The notes under the pieces: generated by a model
The model's input: the letters and a program-made list of their open reading frames with translations, nothing else
Databases searched by the model: none
Told to the model about the DNA's origin: nothing
Position numbers and translations under genes: made by a program
Source: an uncultured Planctomycetota bacterium
Lineage (GTDB): Bacteria; Planctomycetota; Planctomycetia; Isosphaerales; Isosphaeraceae
Length of the DNA: 64,000 nucleotides
Direction of reading: 5' to 3'
Assembly (NCBI GenBank): GCA_963823665.1
Contig: CAWGMQ010000005.1
Span: forward strand, 1,120,001 to 1,184,000
In this document: positions 30,763-40,323 of the stretch, in pieces
Position numbering within the stretch: the stretch's first letter is position 1
How the letters are laid out: each line of letters opens with the position of its first letter

Positions 30763-31011
30763 TTATGGATTTTTGCAGACACACCTGCCACCGGGAGCTT
30801 CAGAAACACCGTTCGAGTCGCAGCATTGGCATGCACCAGAAGTGCAGCGCCACACGTCTAGTGGAGAGGTGCACTTTCGATTGTTTGGGTCACCTTGACA
30901 GATGTTAATATCGTGTCGAAACGACGCAGAGATGCCATGGCCGGAAGAACGGCTGGCCGGCCAGAAGTTTCCTGTACGAACCACGGCTCCGGTTTGCAAG
31001 GGAAGCTTCAT
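30763..31011 (-). CDS. Cys-rich precursor peptide 2 (82 aa)
   Basis: AGGAG RBS; MKLPLQTGAVVR...GISAS followed by FRHDINICQGDPNNRKCTSPLDVWRCTSGACQCCDSNGVSEAPGGRCVCKNP. Confidence 0.88.
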   Translation of the reverse strand: MKLPLQTGAVVRTGNFWPASRSSGHGISASFRHDINICQGDPNNRKCTSPLDVWRCTSGACQCCDSNGVSEAPGGRCVCKNP

Positions 31012-31060
31012 GTCCGGTCTCCTTTCAAATGGACCCTTGGAAAAACGGTGCGCGGATGGC

Positions 31061-31309
31061 CTATACATTGCAGACACACCTGCCACCGGCTTCCTGATGA
31101 ACACCCTTCAGGCCGCCGCAGCATTGGCACGCACCAGAAAGGCAGCTTTGCACCTGCAGGGGAGGGGTGCACTTTCGATTGCTGATGTCTCCTCCACAGA
31201 TGTTAACGTCGGTTCGAAATGACGCGGAGACGCCTTGGGCGGAAGAACGGCGGGCCGGCCAGGAGTTTCCTGCACGAAGGACGGCTGCGGTTTGCAAGGG
31301 AAGCTTCAT
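31061..31309 (-). CDS. Cys-rich precursor peptide 1 (82 aa)
   Basis: AAGGAG RBS; MKLPLQTAAVLR...GVSAS followed by FRTDVNICGGDISNRKCTPPLQVQSCLSGACQCCGGLKGVHQEAGGRCVCNV. Confidence 0.88.
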   Translation of the reverse strand: MKLPLQTAAVLRAGNSWPARRSSAQGVSASFRTDVNICGGDISNRKCTPPLQVQSCLSGACQCCGGLKGVHQEAGGRCVCNV

Positions 31310-31355
31310 GTCCAGTCTCCTTGTAGGTGCCCCGGCGCGGTGGGCGGCGACAAAT

Positions 31356-33217
31356 TCAGCGGGTGAACCATGAGCGCGTCGGGCCGACGGTCACCGGCAC
31401 GGTGTCGCTCACGTCCACCGTAAACCGATAGACCCGGCGCACCGTCTGCACCTGCCGCTCGGGGTAGAAGAAATACACCTCGACATCCCAGCAGTCCGAG
31501 CCAGGCCGGCAGATCGGGCTGCGAACCACGTTGATGCTTTCCAATTCCATCGTTTCCTTGAGGGCGGACTCGTAGACCTTGTCGAATGCAAACGCATTCG
31601 TCGCCGCGAAATTGATCGCCCGGTCCTGCGGGGCCAGGCCCAGGTTGCGCAGCCCGTGGTAAACGCGGTCGAGGAAGTTGCGGACGCCCGCCGTGCGCTG
31701 GGCGTGCGCATCCTGCTCGTGCTACGGAGCCTCCGCCGCGGGCGCGGGGCCGGCCACCGCGTCCGCCAGGGCCGCAGTCGTCCAGCTAAACATGCCACGC
31801 AATTCCGGCACGATGACGGCAACCACCTGCCCCGACAGTAGCGTGGCCTTACCGGCGACGACGCCCGCGATCGATACGCGCTCGACCCCCTCGTCCAGTC
31901 GCTCGCGCAGGAACCGCCGCAGTTCCTTGTACGCATCGGCGGCGAACGGACCTTGCGGCCGGACCGCGTAAATCGCAGTGCCGTCGAGGGCGAGGGTCCA
32001 TTCCACGGCGGCGGCGTTCCAGGGGTGCTCGTCGAGATGGGCCAGCATCCGCCGGGCGTCGAACGCCTGGACGCGTTCAGCACTACTCTTGCCGGCGACG
32101 CCGGCGATCGTCTGGGCGAGGCCGTCGAGGCGGGCTTCGCTAACCAGGTCGTACCCGATCTGGCCGAGAGCATAGACGAGTTGCGGCGCCCCGGTCTGAC
32201 AACCGCAAGCGGACGGTTGGACTGCCGCGGGGCGAACCGCGTTTTCGGTCGGGGGCAGTGGGATCGGCGAGGCCGCGGCCAGGTTGTCTTCGTTTGGCAC
32301 CGCGTCGCTTGGCGGGGCGGTGGAGTCGGACATCGTCAGCATACTCCGGGTGAGGATTGTTACGGCTCCATTGACGTTCAACCGTCCAGCCAGGAGACGG
32401 TGGCAATCCGTTTCAAGCTCCTGAGCACATCCCAGGGCACTGCGCAATAATGCATCCCTGACGAGCGGCGGGCTCGGCTGCCGGCCGCGTTTTCGCTGCA
32501 AACTCAAAAGCAGGGCCGCGACTCCCGAAACCACTGCCGTCGCGTAACTCGTGCCGATCCCGCGCCTGTCCCACCACCGGGTTGCGCGCCAAGTATATCC
32601 ACGCCGGGCGCCAAAATCCCCTGAATTCCGTAGAGTCCGCCCCAATTGCTGGAACTGACGGGTTCCCCCTGCGCATCCATCGCGCCGGCCGCCAGCACCG
32701 AGTCGAGGGCGGCGGGGACGTGGAGGCACGCGCAACCGTCGTTGCCCGCGGCGGCGACGATCAGAACGCCGCGCCGGGCGCAATCGCGGACCACGTCGGC
32801 CAGCAGCGGGTGGGCAGTTCCCGAAGGGGAAAACTGTCCGCCGCTGATGTTGACGACATGGGCGCCCTGCTGTACCGCCTGGGTAATGGCCCGTGCGAGA
32901 TCGAGTTGCGAACAGAGCTGAATCGACTGCTCACCGACGGACTGAAAAATCGGCACGAGAACGCCTCGGCAGAGCGGCGCGAGGCCCGGCACGAGCCCGC
33001 CGTGCTGGCCGAAGATCACGCTGGCGATGTGCGTACCGTGCCGGCTGGCGGGCCCGAGGTCGGCCGTCCCCGGCACCAGGGTTTCCACCTGCGTGAGGTT
33101 CGCAGCTTTCAAACTCGGGTGGGAGAGCTCAACCGGGCCGTCCAGGACCGCGATGCAGACCGCGGGATCGCCGAGGGTCTCGGCCCAGAGTTCTCGGATT
33201 CCGGAGAGGAGGCCCAT
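31356..33217 (-). CDS. PatA/PatG-family cyanobactin maturation protease (S8 domain + PatG C-terminal domains); frameshift near 32565 and in-frame TAG at 31722-31724
   Basis: Triad IAVLDG / HGTHIAS / GTSYAT; SQLDLARAI, AAAGNDGC and LVYALGQIGYD motifs; beyond the TAG the frame continues NFLDRVYHGLRNLG, DRAINFAATNAF, SPICRPGSDCWDV and YRFTVDVSD. Confidence 0.9.
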
Positions 33218-33365
33218 GACAATACAACCGCGAGCTGCCCACGAACAGGAACCTGTAGAGTGGCCGCACAGCTTGTGAGCCCACCCTCGTGAGTGTCCCT
33301 ACGGTAAGCCACCCGCCGCGCGATAACAAATGAAAAAGTGGTGACGGATCAATTTCCGAGCCCGG

Positions 33366-36300
33366 TTATTCACGCCGCACCGCCCGCGTGACTCCAGGCA
33401 GACTCGGGGCCAGACGGAAGCCGTAGAAGTTCGAGCGGTCCGACGGGACGTCCGTGTGGCGGATCGCCGACCGGCAATACGCCGCGACGGTGCGCCAACC
33501 GCCGCCACGGCTCACGCGGCGCGCGCCCTCATCGGCGCCTCGCGGATCGGTGATCGCTTCGACACCATAGTCCCCGACCCAGTCGTGGCTCCACTCAAAC
33601 AGATTCCCGTGCAGATCAAACAACCCACGAACGCTCGGACGCAATTCCCGTGGCGGATGGGCGTGCTTGCCGCTGTTCTCCGCGAACCAGCCAAATCGTC
33701 CCAGCAGGCTCACCTCGCCGCCAAAGCCGTAAGGCGTCCGCGCTCCAGCACGGCTCGCCACCTCCCACTCCGATTCCGTCGGCAATCGAAATCCTCGTCG
33801 ATCCAGCTCCAGTGGCCAGTTCCGCGGGGCCCAGTTCGCCTCGAGATTCGGTTCGCGTGGATACCTCGCCTTGTCCAGGGTCTCGGGGGCCGGATACGAC
33901 TGGTCTCTTTCCGGCAAGCCCGACTGCTGGCCCAGCCACCGGCAGAAGCCCACCGCGTCGTACCAATCCGTACCGAACCCGGCATCCGCGGGTCTTGCGT
34001 CGTATTCCTGCATCAGTTCCGCGTATCGTGGCGAAAAAGCTCTCAGCTCCAGAAGGGTGATCTCACGATCCAGCAGCGCAAACGGGCGCGTCAGCGTGAC
34101 GCTGTGCCGGACTTCGTTTTTTTGCCGGTCCGGTTCGTCATTGACCGAGCCGACGTTGGAGGCGCCCGCTGGAATTACGATCAACGTATAGTAAAACGTC
34201 TCTTTCACCAGCTCCGTTTCCGGCCTCGGTGGCGCTGCGGGCGTTACCGTGATCGCCAGCGTGAACCACTCCCGGTCAGGCGCATACGGCACCACCGTGC
34301 GATCCACCTGACGCACGACCTCCGCCTGCCTCCATTGCCGCAGCAGCCAACCCGCCGCGCCGTGGACTCCTGAACTCGGGTCATGGCGGTACCAGCCGGC
34401 CAGTTGCTCAAGAAGCGCTACCCGATGCGATTCGGGAATCTCCTCGAGTGAAAACTCCCCCAGTGCCAGCAGCAGGGCATACCGAGTGTTTTTTGGATAA
34501 CGATCTTTCGGAGCGATGCTGACCCGTTGCAGACAGTCGAGCAGCGCATCCACGGCGACTCCACGGGGGCGGCAGCGGAAGATGAATTGCGTGAGCGCCT
34601 CCGGATCGTCGGTCATGTCAAACACCGGCAGCACCTTCTCGCGCTCGCCCAGCCGCAGCAAGGTGACTGCGGCGTTCGCACGACGCTGGCCAAAGGGTAT
34701 GCGCTCTACGGAGCCCAGTTCCACCGATGGCGGCGTGGCGGCGATCCTGGCGAGATCCTCGAACGTGGCAGGCGCGGGGCCCGCGGCCACGATCGGGTAG
34801 AGCACGGCGAATTGCTCCGGCGTGGCGACGGCGAGTAGCTGGGACAACTTCGGGATATCGCCCGCGGCGTAATCTGCGAACGCGTTGGCGGCGGAGACCT
34901 GCTGAGCGACGGTCGCCTTGGCATCGGCGAAGATCCGCTCCAGATCCAGGAGCAGTCGCGCGCGAATCGGACGCAGCGCGTCGCGCAGCAGCGGCTGGGA
35001 CTCGGGATTGGACAAGACCAGTTGCTCGGCCACGAACTTCAAGTTCTGCTCGCTCCACGAGGCCGCCTCGGAATCGGGAACGTAATCCGAGAGCGCCACC
35101 GCGGCGCGGAACCGGCGAAAGGCCTCGGCTTTCTCGTCCCGCAGGATGGCCCGGAGTTTTTCCGTGAGCTCACCCGCGTAGGGACGCAATTGCGCACGAA
35201 TCGGGCCGATGTAAACGACCTTGTTGGTGAGCAATTCTTCAAGCAGTGGTTCGACGAGCGCCCGGTCGCGGGAAACCAGCGCGAGGCGAGCATGCAATTG
35301 CGCGCGCTTCTCGTCGACCGTTCTTGCATTGGCGGCAAGCAGCGGCAACAGATAGGTCGCGGCAACCTCGGGGTTCGCATCGAGTTCTTTGACAATGGCC
35401 GGCAACTGATTGGGTTCCGCACTCACCAGGCGTCCCACCAGCCCTTCGATGCGGGTCGCTTCCTGCTCTCTGGCAACTTGGGTGCGAACCACTACTCCGA
35501 TGGAAATCAATGCGACGAGACCAGTCATAGCGAGCGCAGATCGGAGACTGTGCAACCGGGTCGCCTTGGACATCATCACCCGCTGCGGTGAGGTCCACTT
35601 TTTCGGATCTGTCAGCGTGCGGATGCTGAGCCATTCCCAGACTGTCGGTAGATGGCGGTTCTCTGGTTTGGCGTTCCACAAGCCTGAGCGTTCCGCCAGT
35701 TTCAGCTCCGCGCGGCCCCGGCGAGTTTCCTTCTGCTTGCGCGTCAGCCATTCTCGCAACGAGTGAACCAGATAGTCGTGAGTGAGCTGGTAGTATTTCT
35801 GCCCTGGCCTGGTCTGCGGCGCGGAATCGCCGTTCGCCTCTTTCCCTTCCGGGTCGGTCGGCGTGATCAGGCGGATTTCGCTGTCGAGAATTCGGATCAG
35901 GTCGTCGAAGTCGTTGGGGCGGCTACCATAGCCGGAGGCGTCCAGCAATTCTTGGCGGGACCTCATCTGTCCCTTGATGTCAGTGCCGCTTTCGGGAAGC
36001 AAGGCTTTGAGCACCGCTTGGGCGGCGGTCTGGTGCAGTCTACGCTCGGGGGGCGCGGTCGAGGCGCTGAATGTTTCCTCGAGGAATGTGACACCCACGC
36101 CCCTCGTGCCGCCAACTTCTTTGAGCGTGGAGGGAGTCCACGGTTTGCCTTTTATCATCTCGGCGTAGAGCGCCAACCTGACGGAAATGACCTTCCCTTC
36201 TTCCGCCAGTCCACTCACCGATTCCTTCAGGAATTCGTTCTGCTCGCTCGAAGTATCCGACGCGTTCTCTGGGAGCTTGCCGAATGCCCGGCCGAATGCC

Positions 36301-38054
36301 GCCAGCACCTTTCGGGCGTGGTCAAGGTCGAAGAGATCGACGGCCGCAGAGTTCTGCCCTTCGAGGAGACAGATCTCCAGACCCCTCGTGAATCGCGTGG
36401 CGGCCATCCAAAAATCATCGCGTACCATCACGATCGCCTGGAGATGCTCGCCATCGCACTGACGAAGCGCGGCGACCAGTTCCGTGTTCTCCTCACGTCG
36501 CCTGGCAAAGAGCCATTGCTCGAACTGGTCCAGGACCAGCAGCACCTTGCGCTCGGATGGCAACACGTGACCTCGCCGCACGCTTGCCAGCGAATCAACC
36601 AGCCCCGATCCTCTCGGCAGTAAAGGACAAACCTTGCGCAGACCCTTGAGCAATCGAGCTTCGGTGTCTTCTGCGTTCGCCTCGATGTAAGCCGCATGGA
36701 CGTGCTTGCCGAGCCGGGGCAAGAGTCCCGCCTTGACGAGCGATGACTTGCCGCAGCCCGAGGGACCATAGATCAGCCCGACCTTGAAGGTCAGGTCGGG
36801 ATCGATCTGCTCGATCTTTCGCTTCCAGAATTGGATGCTGTCTGGCAGTCCGTCCCGGTCCCGCGGTCCGGGAAGCAATTCCACGAAGAAGTCGGCATCA
36901 TGCTCATCGAACGATCGCAGGCCTCTTGGGACGATCTTGATCGGCCACTGGTCGGAGGCCGATTGCTTGTCGGAGGCCGATTGCTTGGAGGTCGGTGGGA
37001 CCGGTGTCACCACATCGGTTGAACCGGGTGGCGGGCTGACCGGAGCGAACGAGGCGGCAGGCGCGACCACTCCCGTGACGGTCGGGAGAAAGGCCCGCAG
37101 ATCCTCAGCCATGTCACGCCCGGTCGTGTACCGGTCCGCCGCTCGCTTGCTCATCGCCTTCAGGCAGATTCGTTCCAGTTCCTTGGGAATCGTGTCGTCG
37201 ACCTGGCGCGGAGGGCGGGCTTCGGTCGCGGCGATGAGATCCAGCAGTTCGTTGCGCGCTTCGTCTTTGTCTTGAGCTTTGGCTATGAACGGTCGTCGCC
37301 CGGTCAAGAGCTCGTAGAACACCACGCCCAGGCTGAAGATGTCGGACCGCCCATCAACACGATGCCCCTCGCCACGAGCCTGCTCGGGACTCATGTACGC
37401 AGGCGTTCCAGCCAGCCCACCACCGATCCCGAAGTCCTCGTCCGTAAGCGCGAGACCGAAGTCGGCGACGAACGCCTTCCCTGAGCCATCGATCAGAATA
37501 TTGCCGGGCTTGACGTCCCGGTGGACCAGGCCGTGAGTATGAGCGTGATGAAGGGCTTCGGCGACAGTCGCCACCATTGCCGCCGACGCGTGAAAACTGG
37601 GGCGCGCTTCCTTGATCCTGGCGGCAAGGTCGCTACCTTCAATGAACTTGGACACCACGAAACAGGGTCCGCCCTCCATGCGACCCACGTCATGCACCGG
37701 CACGATATGGGGATGGTCCAGCCTGGCGAGAATTCGGGCTTCGACCAGAAACGCTTCGGCATCCTCCGCGCGCGTGATACGCTCCGCGTTTGGCACCTTG
37801 ACGGCGACCGGGCGATTCAGATCATCGTCGTGTGCAAGATACACCGTCCCGAACCCGCCCTGACCCAGCCGCTGGATGACGCGGTAGCGCCCGATCTTGG
37901 AGGGATCGCCTTCCCTGGAGCCACCCGAGCCAGGCGCGGGCAGTTGCGAGCCGGCCGTTTCCGCGACGCTCCTTGTCTCATCCGAGGACCGACTCGCCGC
38001 GGCACCCGGCGATTGAGATGCTCCCGGTTCGGGCGTGCCCTTCGTCTCATCCAT
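33366..38054 (-). CDS. Ser/Thr kinase + STAND-like NTPase + FGE-sulfatase domain protein
   Basis: GQGGFG, HRDVKPGN and DFG (kinase); GPSGCGKSS, LDQFEQ and LTHDYL (NTPase); FRLPTESEWE and GLFDLHGNLFEW (FGE). Confidence 0.93.
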   Translation of the reverse strand: MDETKGTPEPGASQSPGAAASRSSDETRSVAETAGSQLPAPGSGGSREGDPSKIGRYRVIQRLGQGGFGTVYLAHDDDLNRPVAVKVPNAERITRAEDAEAFLVEARILARLDHPHIVPVHDVGRMEGGPCFVVSKFIEGSDLAARIKEARPSFHASAAMVATVAEALHHAHTHGLVHRDVKPGNILIDGSGKAFVADFGLALTDEDFGIGGGLAGTPAYMSPEQARGEGHRVDGRSDIFSLGVVFYELLTGRRPFIAKAQDKDEARNELLDLIAATEARPPRQVDDTIPKELERICLKAMSKRAADRYTTGRDMAEDLRAFLPTVTGVVAPAASFAPVSPPPGSTDVVTPVPPTSKQSASDKQSASDQWPIKIVPRGLRSFDEHDADFFVELLPGPRDRDGLPDSIQFWKRKIEQIDPDLTFKVGLIYGPSGCGKSSLVKAGLLPRLGKHVHAAYIEANAEDTEARLLKGLRKVCPLLPRGSGLVDSLASVRRGHVLPSERKVLLVLDQFEQWLFARRREENTELVAALRQCDGEHLQAIVMVRDDFWMAATRFTRGLEICLLEGQNSAAVDLFDLDHARKVLAAFGRAFGKLPENASDTSSEQNEFLKESVSGLAEEGKVISVRLALYAEMIKGKPWTPSTLKEVGGTRGVGVTFLEETFSASTAPPERRLHQTAAQAVLKALLPESGTDIKGQMRSRQELLDASGYGSRPNDFDDLIRILDSEIRLITPTDPEGKEANGDSAPQTRPGQKYYQLTHDYLVHSLREWLTRKQKETRRGRAELKLAERSGLWNAKPENRHLPTVWEWLSIRTLTDPKKWTSPQRVMMSKATRLHSLRSALAMTGLVALISIGVVVRTQVAREQEATRIEGLVGRLVSAEPNQLPAIVKELDANPEVAATYLLPLLAANARTVDEKRAQLHARLALVSRDRALVEPLLEELLTNKVVYIGPIRAQLRPYAGELTEKLRAILRDEKAEAFRRFRAAVALSDYVPDSEAASWSEQNLKFVAEQLVLSNPESQPLLRDALRPIRARLLLDLERIFADAKATVAQQVSAANAFADYAAGDIPKLSQLLAVATPEQFAVLYPIVAAGPAPATFEDLARIAATPPSVELGSVERIPFGQRRANAAVTLLRLGEREKVLPVFDMTDDPEALTQFIFRCRPRGVAVDALLDCLQRVSIAPKDRYPKNTRYALLLALGEFSLEEIPESHRVALLEQLAGWYRHDPSSGVHGAAGWLLRQWRQAEVVRQVDRTVVPYAPDREWFTLAITVTPAAPPRPETELVKETFYYTLIVIPAGASNVGSVNDEPDRQKNEVRHSVTLTRPFALLDREITLLELRAFSPRYAELMQEYDARPADAGFGTDWYDAVGFCRWLGQQSGLPERDQSYPAPETLDKARYPREPNLEANWAPRNWPLELDRRGFRLPTESEWEVASRAGARTPYGFGGEVSLLGRFGWFAENSGKHAHPPRELRPSVRGLFDLHGNLFEWSHDWVGDYGVEAITDPRGADEGARRVSRGGGWRTVAAYCRSAIRHTDVPSDRSNFYGFRLAPSLPGVTRAVRRE

Positions 38055-38139
38055 CGTTCGATCCCTGACAGCGACCGATCACTTTCACGACAGCGAAGCG
38101 GAGCCATTGTCTCATCCCGAGCCGTGACAGAGAAGGAGA

Positions 38140-38750
38140 TCAATGAGCGAATGGGTCGGTCGGGAATATCGGGTCGAGGCGAACGACGGCCTGCGCTTCC
38201 CCGGCCAGCCGGCGGGCGATCAGCCGGTCGGGCCAGCCCCCCGGTGCCTGGGGTGCCGAGGGCTCGGCGATGAGCCGCTCGGCCCGGGCCAGGCAATCCT
38301 GCGCCGCTTCGGACCGGCCTCGCCGTTTCAAGGCCACCGCCTTGATCGCAAGGGCCGGGACACTGACGATGCGATCGGGCCCGCGCTCCAGGCAAGGGTC
38401 CAGTGACTTCAAGGCCGCCTCGGTATCGCCGGCGCGGTACTCGGCGAGGCCGAGGGTCAGGAGCAACCAGTCGACCGCCGAATTGTCCGGGCCGGCGCGT
38501 TCGACGGCGGCCCGGGCGATCGCCAGGAGCCGTGTGGCCTCGTCCGGTGCTGGCGGAAGTACCAGCAGCCCCGCCTTGGCGGACGTCGGACGGATCCACC
38601 CGCCCCCGCAACCTGGGGTCGAGCCGCAGGGCCACCAGCTTGCGCAGGCGGGCCCGATGCCGCTCCAGCAACCGGCCTCAGGAATCCGGGCCGTCGCGCG
38701 CATCGCCGCCGGGCTCGGGGAACACATCACGCGAATTCTGGCTCATCATC
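38140..38750 (-). pseudogene. Deletion remnant joining an ECF sigma N-terminus to a kinase/TPR C-terminus
   Basis: LERHRARLRKLVALRLDPRLRGRVDPSDV (sigma region 2) is cut near 38583 and followed in another frame by a TPR tail ending LDPIFPTDPFAH. Confidence 0.75.
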
Positions 38751-39021
38751 ACCATCCTAACCTATAGACTGCGAGAACACCGCCACCGGGGACAGGGTGG
38801 GCGGATTTCGCGGCCGCCTCTCCGCGATGACGTGGGTGCAGAACCAGCGGACTTTCCCGTTCCTTCGCTCCGCTCAGGGAACGCCACCTTGGGCGCGGGT
38901 CGCCGGGCACCCGAAGGGTCGCCGCCCACACATGGATCGGAGAACACATTTCCACACGATGTAACCCATCAGCTCCCACGATCGATAATCGTGCACACTC
39001 CTATCATCAATCTCCTCAATC

Positions 39022-39094
39022 GGCGACCTAGCTCAATGGGGAGAACGCCTGGTTTACAACCAGCAGGTTACTGGTTCGATTCCGATCGTCTCCA
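39022..39094 (+). tRNA. Degenerate tRNA-Val(TAC), probably a pseudogene
   Basis: TAGCTCAATGG D-arm, CTGG-TTTACAA-CCAG anticodon arm and GGTTCGATTCC T-arm; mismatches in all four stems; no CCA. Confidence 0.7.
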
Positions 39095-39225
39095 CTTAAC
39101 GCGCAGCGCGCGCTCAACTTACGTCATCCAGTCACTTCTCTTACTTTCCGCTGAGGGTTGGCCATACAATTGGTCGATGTCACAGTCGAACCCAAAACGG
39201 GCATCTACCTCGAAGTGAGTCTTCG

Positions 39226-39672
39226 TTGATCGTGAGCTTGAAGGGCCACAGCCAGTCTGTCAGCGCGGTGGTGTTCAGCCCCGATGGCAAGCGGCTCGCC
39301 GGACCCGCCATCGATCAGACATTCAAGATCTGGGACGCCGCGACCGGTGAGGAGATCCTCTCCCTCAATGGGCATACCAGCACGATCTCGAGAACACGAA
39401 TGCAAGAACCACTTTGGACCGGACGCCCCGATCCCCCTCTTCCGCCAGTCCCCGAGAAGGGCCGCTGGCCGCGGAAGTCCGTTCTCGCCGCGTTCAGCCT
39501 GATCCCCATCGGCTTTCTGCTCTGGTTCGGCGGATTAGGCATCGGGCTTGGTGGCGGCGCGGAATGGAAAGTAAGAATCGCCACGTATTGCTTCGTCGCG
39601 GGCCTGCCGATTGCGGCCGTGGGCTTCATTAGGCTGGCGATGATCGCGATCGCCGACTTCGTGAATCGATGA
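39226..39672 (+). pseudogene. WD40 fragment fused to a two-TM segment
   Basis: One and a half WD40 repeats (LKGH...FSPDG...IWD...LNGH) followed by an unrelated hydrophobic tail. Confidence 0.55.
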
Positions 39673-40323
39673 GCGGAGCGAGTAAGCACTGTGTCGGTCA
39701 GACCGCACCAGCATCGTGCTTCAGTCCTCCATTTCATAGCGCTCAAGCATCCGATCGACTTTTGTCTTGGTCGCGGTCTGCTCTGCCACAACCGGTGGAT
39801 CCTCCCGTAGCCCGCCATACACGACTATGCCCATACCGGTGTGCAGGTGTGCCAAAACCACGTGCCATTTCGCCATGGTGTAAGTTCTGTCCGGTTGTTG
39901 GCAGAGATGTTAGTCGGTCACTTTCCTGCTGCCCCGCCATCGGCTTGAATGGGACCGACGCATCGACGTGGCCCGAAAGCCAACGTACGATGGCGGTTCT
40001 GAAACCGGTCAGCCCGATTGTGTGATGACGGTTCTAGGATTTCTGATCGTCAACAGGACCGCGGCGGACGAAGCTGAATCCGCCGGTGGCCGATCAGCAC
40101 CGGTTTCGGTGTTCGGCCAATGCACTGTCGTGATCAACGATTGTATTGCGGCTCAGGGTAGCGGTGATCGGCAGGGGTCCCTCGAAACGCTACATCGCGA
40201 ACGCGATGTCACATTTGCTGGCTAAACGAACATCTACCTCGCAGGAGTCTTGGTCATTGGCCTTGGAAGACCGGGCCAGGTGTTGGGCGTTTGATGGACT
40301 TCGGACCCCCGGAAAGAACCTAG

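Noticed and set aside
30468..31330. CRISPR array or non-coding repeat array
   Set aside because: The period is 298 bp, each unit is an RBS-led ORF, and there are no cas genes.
31722..31724. Programmed amber readthrough or recoding
   Set aside because: Other genes here end in TAG (e.g. precursor 1) and no suppressor machinery is seen; a point change such as CAG to TAG is simpler.
30468..33217. Canonical cyanobactin cluster
   Set aside because: No heterocyclase, macrocyclase insertion, follower sequences or PatF, and the cores are far longer than cyanobactin cores.
36951..36987. 18-bp tandem duplication (KQSASD x2)
   Set aside because: Ordinary slippage in a disordered linker.
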